The translations under genes and the position numbers were made by a program. The notes below the pieces were generated by a model. The model was not told the DNA's origin. It saw only the letters and a list, made by a program, of their open reading frames with translations, and ran no database searches. Below, in pieces: positions 1-7,387 of a stretch of 10,185 nt of DNA (its first letter is position 1; each line of letters starts with the position of its first letter). Origin of the DNA: Candidatus Iainarchaeum sp. (lineage in GTDB: Archaea; Iainarchaeota; Iainarchaeia; Iainarchaeales; CSSED10-239). The stretch is from assembly GCA_028700115.1 (NCBI GenBank), contig JAQVTI010000020.1:1-10185 (forward strand). The letters run 5' to 3'.

Positions 1-1
1 A

Positions 2-196
2 GATCTTTTTATTTCTCTTACAGATAGTGATGAGATTAATTTAGTTGTTGGTTTAATTGCTAAAGAATATGGTGTAAAAACAGTTGCAATTTCTTTAATA
101 AAAACAAATTATAAAAAAGAGGTTTTAAAGAATGAATCTGAAATATTGCAATCATTGCCAAAACAAAGTAAATTGTCTTTATTACCAAGAGAATAA
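2..196 (+). CDS. 3' end of a TrkA-N/RCK-like (K+ transport NAD-binding domain) gene; 5'-partial at the window edge, with an atypical and possibly replaced C-terminal tail
   Basis: Absent from the supplied ORF track because it has no Met. Frame 2 is open from nt 2 to TAA at 194-196. It translates as DLFISLTDSDEINLVVGLIAKEYGVKTVAISLIKTNYKKEVLKNESEILQSLPKQSKLSLLPRE*. The pattern D-x-[FV]-I-x-x-T-x-x-D-E-x-N-[LI]...A-K-E-x-G-V-K-x-[IV]-A matches what I recall for the second half of the TrkA-N Rossmann domain. The G-[AV]-D-x-V-[IV]-x-P-E segment that normally follows is missing. The last 65 nt overlap ORF 132..416. Confidence 0.4.
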   Translation, partial: DLFISLTDSDEINLVVGLIAKEYGVKTVAISLIKTNYKKEVLKNESEILQSLPKQSKLSLLPRE

Positions 197-416
197 CTTT
201 TGTAGAATTGAAACAAAAGTGGAAGAAGATTTATTTGGTTTTGATAATGCTAAAAGAAAGGAATTAATAATGTTCTTAAATATTCAAAATCAAGAAGAAG
301 TAAATGTTAATTGTAAGTTTTTTAAAAAAGTTAGAGAAGAATTAAAAGATTTAATTTTATTTTTTGAAGAACTAAAAGAAGAAGAAGAGGAGTTGAAAAA
401 AGATGCAGGATTTTAA
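132..416 (+). CDS. hypothetical small protein with an N-terminal Cys cluster (possible zinc ribbon) and an acidic/Lys-rich helical C-terminus
   Basis: 94-aa ORF from the track. The N-terminus carries C-x2-C-x5-C-x8-C (YCNHCQNKVNCLYYQENNFC). The C-terminus is EELKDLILFFEELKEEEEELKK. A purine-rich AAAGAGG lies 8 nt upstream of the ATG. Its stop (414-416) lies 14 nt inside the next gene. Its first 65 nt overlap the open TrkA-like frame, so the true start or its reality as a gene is uncertain. I recognise no family. Confidence 0.4.
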   Translation: MNLKYCNHCQNKVNCLYYQENNFCRIETKVEEDLFGFDNAKRKELIMFLNIQNQEEVNVNCKFFKKVREELKDLILFFEELKEEEEELKKDAGF

Positions 417-750
417 ACAATTACGTGTTTGGCAGTTAAGCCGTGAGTTTGTTTCAGACATCTACAAGATAACAGCAAACTTTCCAAACCACGAACTCCA
501 CTCAATGACTAATCAATTAAGAAGAGCATCTTATAGCATACCCTCAAATATTGCTGAAGGTTGTGGAAAAGAAAGTCAAAAAGAATTTAAGAGATATTTA
601 AACATATCACAAGGGTCAATTAAAGAGATAGAGTGTTTTTTAATACTTGCAAAAGACTTAAACTATATCTCTGAAGAACAATATACAGAGATAAATGAAA
701 AGTTAGAAATAATTGGAAAAATGATCTGGAAACTAACTACTAAAATTTAG
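403..750 (+). CDS. four-helix-bundle protein ('23S rRNA intervening sequence protein' / S23-ribosomal-like family, related to DGR Avd proteins)
   Basis: 115 aa. The opening FKQLRVWQLSREFVSDIYKITANFP, then ELHSMTNQLRRASYSIPSNIAEGCGK, then EFKRYLNISQGSIKEIECFLILAKDLNYISEEQY are near-textbook signatures of this family (L-x-V-W-Q, Q-[LI]-R-R-A-x-x-S-I-x-x-N-I-A-E-G, A-x-G-S-x-x-E). GAGGAG lies about 12 nt upstream of the ATG. The 5' half (about 403-600) is visibly more G+C-rich than the flanks. Confidence 0.85.
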   Translation: MQDFKQLRVWQLSREFVSDIYKITANFPNHELHSMTNQLRRASYSIPSNIAEGCGKESQKEFKRYLNISQGSIKEIECFLILAKDLNYISEEQYTEINEKLEIIGKMIWKLTTKI

Positions 751-766
751 TTCCCCATCATACTAA

Positions 767-1876
767 TTAATTATCTCTCAAAATACAATTAGAATAAGTG
801 TCTTCTATTTTTGCAGAATATGAATTATTTTGTTTATCTGTAAAAGTTACATACAAATATCCATTATCTTCATAAGATGCCATAAAAGGAGTAACCTCAG
901 ACCAATCTAATCCAATTTGGTATCCATCATATAAATCAAAATAATCAAATCGGTCACTACCTTCTAAAGAATCAGTTTTAGAATAAACTTTATCTTTTTT
1001 TATATAATCCCAATAATCTGTCATCTCTATAGAATAAGCATCTGTAACAAATGTCCCTTCTATTGGAACAATTGTTCCATCATCTGAAATAGGTTTAATA
1101 TAATATATAATACCGTCATCTTCTGCATCTGAATCCCAATTCTTTGAACCCCAACAATCAATTTCTAAATGAGTTACTTTTTTTGTTAATGCAATATCAA
1201 TTTCAGAAGCATCATCTGCACTTGAACCAAATTGATCTTGTGCCATAGATTCTGGAAATAATTGTGGTAATGATGGATCATATAGCGATGTAGATAATTT
1301 ATTATAAGCATCTATATAAGGATTATCAGTTAAATCTGTATCTGGATTGATTTGATTATAATCATAAATATCTTTAATAGCTTTATTAGGGATATTTGTT
1401 TCGCCTAATTTTTTATTTTTATTATCTAGATATATAATATTTATTTTTTCAAAATCAGAATTAATTTCATAAGTTTTTAATCCGACTATTATACCAATTA
1501 AATTTAACATAAGTACTGATTTATAATCATCAGTAACAGTATAGTTTATTGAAAATATTTTGTCTTTTTCTGAGATTGTTACATCTGAAAAAATACCTTC
1601 ACTATTAGAATCAATACTATTATTCCAGTCAATTAATGCTGATTTTATTTTTGAAGTATCTGTAGTAATAATATTTTTAATTAAATTATTATTCTCTGTG
1701 GTTTTATCAGATTCTGGTGTTGTATCCGATGTAATTATATCTCCATCATTATTTTGGTTATTATTATTAATATCAGTATTTGATTTTGGTATAAATAATA
1801 CCACCCCGATTATAATAGCTATAATTACAACCCCCATAATTCCAAAAATTAACATATTATTCTTATTTTTCGACAT
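767..1876 (-). CDS. hypothetical membrane-anchored, probably extracytoplasmic acidic protein with an Asn/Thr-rich linker
   Basis: 369-aa ORF. The N-terminus is MSKNKNN followed by one hydrophobic helix (MLIFGIMGVVIIAIIIGVVLFI), with no lipobox Cys. A low-complexity NNNNQNND/TT linker follows, then a D/E/Y-rich domain with no motif I recognise. A strong GGAGG sits 7 nt upstream of the ATG. It lies 41 nt downstream of, and on the same strand as, the R-M operon. Confidence 0.7.
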   Translation of the reverse strand: MSKNKNNMLIFGIMGVVIIAIIIGVVLFIPKSNTDINNNNQNNDGDIITSDTTPESDKTTENNNLIKNIITTDTSKIKSALIDWNNSIDSNSEGIFSDVTISEKDKIFSINYTVTDDYKSVLMLNLIGIIVGLKTYEINSDFEKINIIYLDNKNKKLGETNIPNKAIKDIYDYNQINPDTDLTDNPYIDAYNKLSTSLYDPSLPQLFPESMAQDQFGSSADDASEIDIALTKKVTHLEIDCWGSKNWDSDAEDDGIIYYIKPISDDGTIVPIEGTFVTDAYSIEMTDYWDYIKKDKVYSKTDSLEGSDRFDYFDLYDGYQIGLDWSEVTPFMASYEDNGYLYVTFTDKQNNSYSAKIEDTYSNCILRDN

Positions 1877-1883
1877 ATAATTT

Positions 1884-1888
1884 CCTCC
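1884..1888 (-). promoter_or_regulatory. Shine-Dalgarno-like ribosome-binding site (GGAGG) for the 369-aa gene
   Basis: The plus-strand cctcc at 1884-1888 reads GGAGG on the minus strand. It is separated by 7 nt from the ATG at 1876-1874. Confidence 0.6.
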
Positions 1889-1917
1889 GTAAATAATTTT
1901 TAATTTAATATTTTTTA

Positions 1918-2796
1918 TTATAATTTATTTTCATAACTTTGTTTTATAATATTTAAACAATAGTCTATATCTTCAAATTTATCTAGTCTAATCTTAAGAT
2001 TACCTGTTGCCCAATGCCCTACATTTGAAACATCTATTAATTTCTTATTAGGATCACTTATTTCATTCTTATTTGAATCTATATGTATCCATAATCCATT
2101 TGATTGAATAACAATTTCACAAAAATTTTTATCTATTTGATAAGCAATATAGTGCTTTAATACTTTTTCTTTAATTTTACTATCAATAGATAAAATCTTT
2201 TCTTGAATATCTTTAAATAAACTTACAACATTATTTGATTTACCAGTTAAATGATCATCAGCAGTGTACTCTTTGTAAGATATTTTAGTATGTTTTATTT
2301 TCTTTGAAGATTCTCTTGGTAAAACTACATCTTCTACAAATAATATTTTGTTATCATATAATAAGTATTTTTTTAGCTCTATATTTTCAGAAATTCTATT
2401 AACAGCATATTTATCATATTCGTTATATGATTGTGCAATTAATATCAATCTTGGAGAATCCCAAACTACTTGTATATTTTTACCTAATTTATTTTGAACT
2501 AATAATTCAAAATCTCCTTTATGATCTATTAACCAATCTAAATAAAATAATCCTTGATTAATAACATTATCTTTTTCATTTTCTTTATATTCTATAATAA
2601 CAGGAGAACCATCTTCATCTAATCCTAAAGTATCAATTCTTCCACCGTGTGTAGTAGTATATTCAGTTGCTAAAAATTTAATTCCTAAAATTTCTTCCAA
2701 ATTATTTTCAAAAACAGATTGTAATTCTTTTTCATTTTTAAATTTAGTAATTTTAAGTTTATTCATCTTACTTTTATTTAATTCAAATATAGCCAT
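1918..2796 (-). CDS. NucS/DUF91-like PD-(D/E)xK nuclease domain fused to a C-terminal DUF5655-like domain; third gene of the Type III R-M operon
   Basis: 292 aa. The N-terminal half carries a restriction-endonuclease-fold signature: E45, GGRID55TLGLDEDGSPVIIE69YK71, then Q81GLFY (D at 2632-2634, K at 2584-2586). The C-terminal ~115 aa (KHYIAYQIDKNFCEIVIQSNGLWIHID...DPNKKLIDVSNVGHWATGNLKIRLDKFEDIDYCLNIIKQSYE) match my recollection of the DUF5655 pattern (K-x-Y-I-A-[FY]..., G-H-W-G/A-T-G, final [AS]-Y). The ATG lies only 4 nt after the res stop (TGA 2801-2803). Confidence 0.6.
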   Translation of the reverse strand: MAIFELNKSKMNKLKITKFKNEKELQSVFENNLEEILGIKFLATEYTTTHGGRIDTLGLDEDGSPVIIEYKENEKDNVINQGLFYLDWLIDHKGDFELLVQNKLGKNIQVVWDSPRLILIAQSYNEYDKYAVNRISENIELKKYLLYDNKILFVEDVVLPRESSKKIKHTKISYKEYTADDHLTGKSNNVVSLFKDIQEKILSIDSKIKEKVLKHYIAYQIDKNFCEIVIQSNGLWIHIDSNKNEISDPNKKLIDVSNVGHWATGNLKIRLDKFEDIDYCLNIIKQSYENKL

Positions 2797-2800
2797 AACA

Positions 2801-5380
2801 TCAACTCACTTTTTTAACAAAATTTATAAAACTATTATAATCTTTTATTTTTTCATAATTAATATTAATTGTATTAAAATGTTCTTTTGCACATTCAATC
2901 TTTATTTTTTCATAACCCTTTAAATCTAATTCATCTAAACTACCTTTAGTTTCATTTACTAAATATAATTTTTTTGAATTATTTACTTCATATATTATAG
3001 CCCAATCAGGATTATATTTTCCAACAGGAGTATCAATTACAAACCAATTTGGAAGTTTAATATATAATTTAACAGAATTATCTTTTTCTAAATTTACAAC
3101 TAAATTTTCTTCAATATTAGAATCAAAAATTACATTGTCATATAAACTTCTTTCAGTAGAAATTACATCACTATTATATGATTCAATTATTTGATTAAAA
3201 TTATTAACATCCCAAATTTCATTTAAAGAAATATAATTTAAATCACTTACAATCATATTAGTTAATTCTTTATTTATTATATTTGATATTTGTGTAATAA
3301 AATCTCTTGGATTTTTAAAAATATATTCTAATGGAGATTGTAATAATATTTGAATAATGGTTTTTTTAGTTAAATTAGTATCTTTAGATAATTGTTCAAC
3401 TAAATTAGGAATTATATATTTTTCAAAATAATTTTCAGATGCATCTTTTGAAATAGTATAATCAACACCAGTATCTTTAAGAATAACACTTCTTTTTTGA
3501 ACATTTATTTTTGTTTCAGATATAGATAATTCAGAATTAATTCTAGTGACACACTTTTTAATTAAATTATTAGTATCAATATTAACTTCGTATTTAGTTT
3601 TCTTTGCAATAGCATTCCAAAAATTATTAAATAAATCTGAATTTAATATTCCTTTTCTAATTTTTATCTTTCTTAATTCTCTTCTATTCTTTGGCTTAGG
3701 TGAATTACCAACACCATAATCGTCTTCATATTCTTTTTGAAGAGAATCTGCAAATTTATCATAATGTTCATTTGCAATAATTGTTAAACTTTCATTAAAA
3801 TCTTTAATTCTGGTTCCATCTTGATTTACAGGAAGTCTTAAACCCCTACCGATTTCTTGTCTTTTTTTAATAGTAGATTGAGTTTCATTAAGAGTGCAAA
3901 TATTAAAAACATTAGGATTATCCCACCCTTCCTTTAATGCTGAATGAGAAAAGATAAATTGAGTTTTAGTATCAAAAGAGATTAACTTTTCTTTATCTTT
4001 TAAAATTAAATCAATTAAGTCTTGATCTTTATTAATACTACTATCTGTTTTATATGTAGAAAAATAAGATCCTTGAACATCAATTACATTTAAACCTTTA
4101 AAGTCTTTATAATCCTCTTGTTTAATTACATTATTATACTCTTCTTCGAATGTTTTTTTAATAAATCCATCCTTATCAACATAATTTGAAACCCTATCTA
4201 TAAAAAATAAAGAAAGTACTTTTATTCCTAAAGGTTTTAATTTAATTTGCTTACTAAAATGTTCTTTAATTGTTTCTCTTATTTGATATTTCATTAATTC
4301 TTTTTTATTATCCCCTAAAGACTCATTTAATTTAATAGAAACTCCATTTGAAAAACTAATTTTATCTAAACTTTTATTAATTTCAGTTATTATATATCCG
4401 TTATAATCTTCAAACTTAGTTTTTTGATATAAATTATCTCCATTTTTAACAATAAATAATTTCTTTTTATATCCTGACTTTTGTTTAGTATTTAATTCTA
4501 ATTTAGCTTTTAATCCTGTCTTTTCTGCAATTATATCTAAACATTTAATATAAATTGTATTAAAGTCATTTTCTTTTACAACAGATAAGACATCTATTTT
4601 CTTAACTAAACCTAAATTATAAGCATCTATTGGATTTAACTTATAAATTAAATTATAAATATTTTTATGAGTTGCAGAATATCTTAGAGTAAATAATGGA
4701 TTTAATTTCTCAAGAGATGTTTTAGATAAATCACTTTCCATATTTTGAGGTTCATCTAATATTAAAATAGGTTTTGTAGAACTAATTAAATCAATTCCTT
4801 TTTCTCCTCTTAGTTTATCTATATTTTGATTTAAGATATTAGATTCTTTATTAAATGAATCTAAAGTAATAATCATAATCTCTATATTATTATTTCTAGA
4901 AAACTGTCTTACCTTTACAATATCTTTAGAAGAATAATCATAATAATTATAAGGAATATTATCATATAATTTACTAAAATGGTTTTTAGTAATCTCTAAT
5001 GATTTTAAAACTCCTTCTCTAATTGCAACAGAAGGAACAACAATTATAAATTTTTTTAAACCATATTTTTTATTTAGTTCAAAAATAGTTCTAAGATAAA
5101 CATAGGTTTTACCAGTACCTGTTTCCATTTCAATAGTAAAATTAAGATTTGAATCTAATTTTTTGGATACATCTAGTTTATTTTCTATTTGGATTTGGTT
5201 TAAATTATTTAATATATCTTGATTAGTTAAATTTAATTTATTTACAATTGATCCAAATTCGCCAAAAGTTAAATCATTGTCAGATAATTTAATTTGACCT
5301 TTAAATAGATTAACTGTAGAATTAATTGCTTTTCTTTGATAATCTAAATTACTGTCAAACTTAAATTCCATTAAAACCAC
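2801..5380 (-). CDS. res: Type III restriction-modification system Res subunit (SF2 helicase/ATPase plus C-terminal PD-(D/E)xK endonuclease)
   Basis: 859 aa. The N-terminus FKFDSNLDYQRKAINSTVNLFKGQ is typical of Type III Res. Walker A is METGTGKTYVYLRTIFEL (GTGKT at 5105-5119). Motif II is ILILDEPQNM (DEPQ at 4745-4756). A late helicase motif is HSALKEGWDNPNVF. The C-terminal nuclease motif is YNPD792WAII...LYLVNE810TK812G (D at 3005-3007, K at 2945-2947). The start is either GTG at 5380-5378, overlapping the mod TAG stop by 1 nt (the track shows it as M), or the ATG at 5371-5369. Confidence 0.9.
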   Translation of the reverse strand: MVLMEFKFDSNLDYQRKAINSTVNLFKGQIKLSDNDLTFGEFGSIVNKLNLTNQDILNNLNQIQIENKLDVSKKLDSNLNFTIEMETGTGKTYVYLRTIFELNKKYGLKKFIIVVPSVAIREGVLKSLEITKNHFSKLYDNIPYNYYDYSSKDIVKVRQFSRNNNIEIMIITLDSFNKESNILNQNIDKLRGEKGIDLISSTKPILILDEPQNMESDLSKTSLEKLNPLFTLRYSATHKNIYNLIYKLNPIDAYNLGLVKKIDVLSVVKENDFNTIYIKCLDIIAEKTGLKAKLELNTKQKSGYKKKLFIVKNGDNLYQKTKFEDYNGYIITEINKSLDKISFSNGVSIKLNESLGDNKKELMKYQIRETIKEHFSKQIKLKPLGIKVLSLFFIDRVSNYVDKDGFIKKTFEEEYNNVIKQEDYKDFKGLNVIDVQGSYFSTYKTDSSINKDQDLIDLILKDKEKLISFDTKTQFIFSHSALKEGWDNPNVFNICTLNETQSTIKKRQEIGRGLRLPVNQDGTRIKDFNESLTIIANEHYDKFADSLQKEYEDDYGVGNSPKPKNRRELRKIKIRKGILNSDLFNNFWNAIAKKTKYEVNIDTNNLIKKCVTRINSELSISETKINVQKRSVILKDTGVDYTISKDASENYFEKYIIPNLVEQLSKDTNLTKKTIIQILLQSPLEYIFKNPRDFITQISNIINKELTNMIVSDLNYISLNEIWDVNNFNQIIESYNSDVISTERSLYDNVIFDSNIEENLVVNLEKDNSVKLYIKLPNWFVIDTPVGKYNPDWAIIYEVNNSKKLYLVNETKGSLDELDLKGYEKIKIECAKEHFNTININYEKIKDYNSFINFVKKVS

Positions 5381-7260
5381 TATATTGTTTTCAAATTATT
5401 TTTAAATTCATTAGATTCTAAAACTTTGGATAAATTTTGTTTTAAAGAATCATCTAAAGCTGAATCTAAACAAATAAAAATATCTTCTTTTGATAAATTT
5501 AATTCTTTAATTATACTTTTATTTATCTTATTATCTAAACAAACATATAATTTACTAGAAGAATCACTAATTTGATACACTTTATTTGATAAATTATTTA
5601 ATTTTTCTACATTAGAATTTAAAGAAAGTCCTTCTTTAATCAAAATTTCATATATGACATTAATATCTTTATAATTTGATATTAAAGAAGATTCAAATAA
5701 TTTTAATTGAGATTTAAGATTATCTATATCTTCTAACTTATCATTCCAAACAGAATAATTAGAATTAGATAATATAAATGATTTAAATCCTAAATCTAAA
5801 TCTTTTATATCTTCAGAATTATATTCAGATTTAATTTTTGTAATAACTCTTCTTATTCTTTCTTTACAAATATCTGCAATAGAAGTATATCCATCTTTAT
5901 AAGAAATAGATTCTTTAGGTGTTTTTTCAGGTAATTGAACGCAAATAAATTTACGATTTCCTTTATCTAATTTATTTAAATCTAAAACTGCATGTGCGGT
6001 TGTTCCAGAACCTGCAAAAAAATCTAAAATAATATCATTGTCTTTACTTTTAGAAATAAAACACAATAATTTTTTTATAAATTTTATAGGTTTAGGATAT
6101 AAAAAATATTTTTTGTCTTCAAATATATTTTTTAGATCACTATCTCCAGAAGAATTTGTTACTTCATCTATAAAATTTTTATAAGGGTGTTCTTTATTTT
6201 CAAAATAACTTCTATAGTACACTTTATAATGATCTTTAATTTTTCTAAATTCAATTAATCCTTTCTCTTTTCTATTATTATATTCGTTTTTAGATAGTGT
6301 CCAACACCAATCTTTAATATTATACTGCCCTTTTTTCCTCAGTTCATATTTTTCTTTAGAACCACCAGGATATATTTTTGTATCGTCTGGAGCTATAATT
6401 GGATAATCTGAATTAGATGAATAATTTATTCCTTGTCTTTCAAAACTAGTTAGTGCATATCTTTTACCATCTTTATCTAAATATTTATAATTTTTTATAT
6501 CGGCTTTCTTTTTTAAGAAACCATTTAATTCACTAGATTTACAATAAATTAAAACATATTCTGTAATTGTAGATAAGAAAGCACTATCGTTTTTACCTCC
6601 CCCTTTTTTCCAAACTAACTGAGAAATAAAATTTTCTTCACCAAATATTTCATCCATTAAATGTCTTAAATTATGCACTTCATTATCATCAATAGATACA
6701 AAAATAACACCATCTTCTTTTAATAAATTTCTTGCAATAAATAATCGAGGATACATCATAGATAGCCAATTAGAATGGTATCTTCCTTCTGCCTTAGTAT
6801 TTGTGGTTTGCTTTATTCCATCTTTTGTTTGTCCTGTTTGTTCTAAATAAGCTTTTTTGGAATCTTTAAAATCATCATTATAAACAATATCATTACCTGT
6901 ATTATATGGAGGATCAATATAAATCATTTTAATTTTTCCAAAATAAGACTTATTAAGTAATTTTAATACCTCTAAATTATCTCCTTCAATAAAAATATTT
7001 TCTGTAGAATCAAAATTAATTGATCCTTCTTTATCAGGAACTAAAGTTAACTTAGAATTAGTTTGTATATTTTTAATAGATTCGGACTTACCAACCCAAT
7101 TTAAAGAATATTTTTCGTTAGTTTTAGAAATATCTTCTTTAAAAATAGATTTAAATTTATCAAAATCAATTTGATTTTCAGTAAATATTTCTGGAAATAA
7201 ATCTTTTAACCCTTTAATTTTATTATTTAATACGTCTTCAGATTCTTTTTTTACTTCCAT
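5380..7260 (-). CDS. mod: Type III restriction-modification system Mod subunit (beta-class amino DNA methyltransferase, probably N6-adenine)
   Basis: 626 aa. Motif IV is MIYIDPPYNTGND (DPPY at 6904-6915). It precedes motif I, ILDFFAGSGTTAHAVLDLN (FAGSG at 6004-6018), which is the beta-class order. A ~290-aa variable region between them would be the target-recognition domain. The gene sits immediately upstream of res and overlaps it. GGGGATGA lies 4-5 nt upstream of the ATG and resembles a GGTGAT-type SD. Confidence 0.9.
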   Translation of the reverse strand: MEVKKESEDVLNNKIKGLKDLFPEIFTENQIDFDKFKSIFKEDISKTNEKYSLNWVGKSESIKNIQTNSKLTLVPDKEGSINFDSTENIFIEGDNLEVLKLLNKSYFGKIKMIYIDPPYNTGNDIVYNDDFKDSKKAYLEQTGQTKDGIKQTTNTKAEGRYHSNWLSMMYPRLFIARNLLKEDGVIFVSIDDNEVHNLRHLMDEIFGEENFISQLVWKKGGGKNDSAFLSTITEYVLIYCKSSELNGFLKKKADIKNYKYLDKDGKRYALTSFERQGINYSSNSDYPIIAPDDTKIYPGGSKEKYELRKKGQYNIKDWCWTLSKNEYNNRKEKGLIEFRKIKDHYKVYYRSYFENKEHPYKNFIDEVTNSSGDSDLKNIFEDKKYFLYPKPIKFIKKLLCFISKSKDNDIILDFFAGSGTTAHAVLDLNKLDKGNRKFICVQLPEKTPKESISYKDGYTSIADICKERIRRVITKIKSEYNSEDIKDLDLGFKSFILSNSNYSVWNDKLEDIDNLKSQLKLFESSLISNYKDINVIYEILIKEGLSLNSNVEKLNNLSNKVYQISDSSSKLYVCLDNKINKSIIKELNLSKEDIFICLDSALDDSLKQNLSKVLESNEFKNNLKTI

Positions 7261-7282
7261 TCATTCATCCCCAAAATAATAT

Positions 7283-7297
7283 TTATTATATATAAGG
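7283..7297 (-). promoter_or_regulatory. TATA-like / -10-like AT-rich box upstream of mod
   Basis: The minus strand reads CCTTATATATAATAA. The box lies 23-37 nt upstream of the mod ATG. It can be read as an archaeal TATA box or as a bacterial TATAAT -10 (7290-7285) with a weak TTAAAT -35 after a 17-nt spacer. This rests on the sequence pattern only. Confidence 0.3.
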
Positions 7298-7321
7298 ACA
7301 AAAAAGAATTTAAACCCATTT

Positions 7322-7357
7322 GGTCAATTTATCGGTCAATTTTTAGGTCAACTCACT
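7322..7357. promoter_or_regulatory. three tandem direct repeats (GGTCAAyTy core) with exact 12-bp period; putative operator in the mod / wHTH divergent promoter region
   Basis: The units are GGTCAATTTATC (7322-7333), GGTCAATTTTTA (7334-7345) and GGTCAACTCACT (7346-7357). GGTCAA is identical in all three units, and GGTCAATTT is shared by the first two. These are the most G+C-rich words in an otherwise A/T intergenic region. They sit between the two TATA-like boxes. Confidence 0.45.
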
Positions 7358-7371
7358 TCAAATATTACTTT

Positions 7372-7387
7372 TTTTATTATATATATT
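7372..7387 (+). promoter_or_regulatory. TATA-like AT box directly abutting the annotated wHTH start codon
   Basis: TTTTATTATATATATT ends 1 nt before the ATG at 7388. If this is the promoter, transcription would start downstream of 7388, and the real start codon would be Met10 (ATG 7415-7417, MRSKNRQRILDLL...). No SD precedes either ATG. Confidence 0.3.

Noticed and set aside
403-750. Diversity-generating retroelement or rRNA intervening-sequence context for the four-helix-bundle (Avd-like) gene
   Set aside because: The window contains no reverse transcriptase ORF, no template/variable repeat pair and no rRNA sequence. Family membership alone does not imply a DGR or an IVS.
1560-1880. 106-aa plus-strand ORF from the track
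   Set aside because: It lies entirely antisense to the 369-aa gene. The product is low-complexity and hydrophobic (I/L/F/S-rich), typical of shadow frames in AT-rich DNA. It has no RBS and no motif.
5380-7260. Phase-variable simple-sequence repeat in the Type III mod gene (phasevarion)
   Set aside because: Type III mod genes are often phase-variable, so I looked for this. By eye there are no tetra- or pentanucleotide tandem repeats, and no homopolymer is longer than about 7 (A7 at 6016-6022, T7 at 6070-6076 and 7246-7252, C5/T6 at 6599-6609). That is too short to argue for switching.
7322-7351. The repeats read TTGACC on the minus strand, so they could be sigma70 -35 boxes for mod
   Set aside because: The nearest TTGACC (7327-7322) is 31 nt from the TATAAT-like hexamer (7290-7285), far outside the 16-18 nt spacer. 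Three phased copies fit an operator better than a -35 element.
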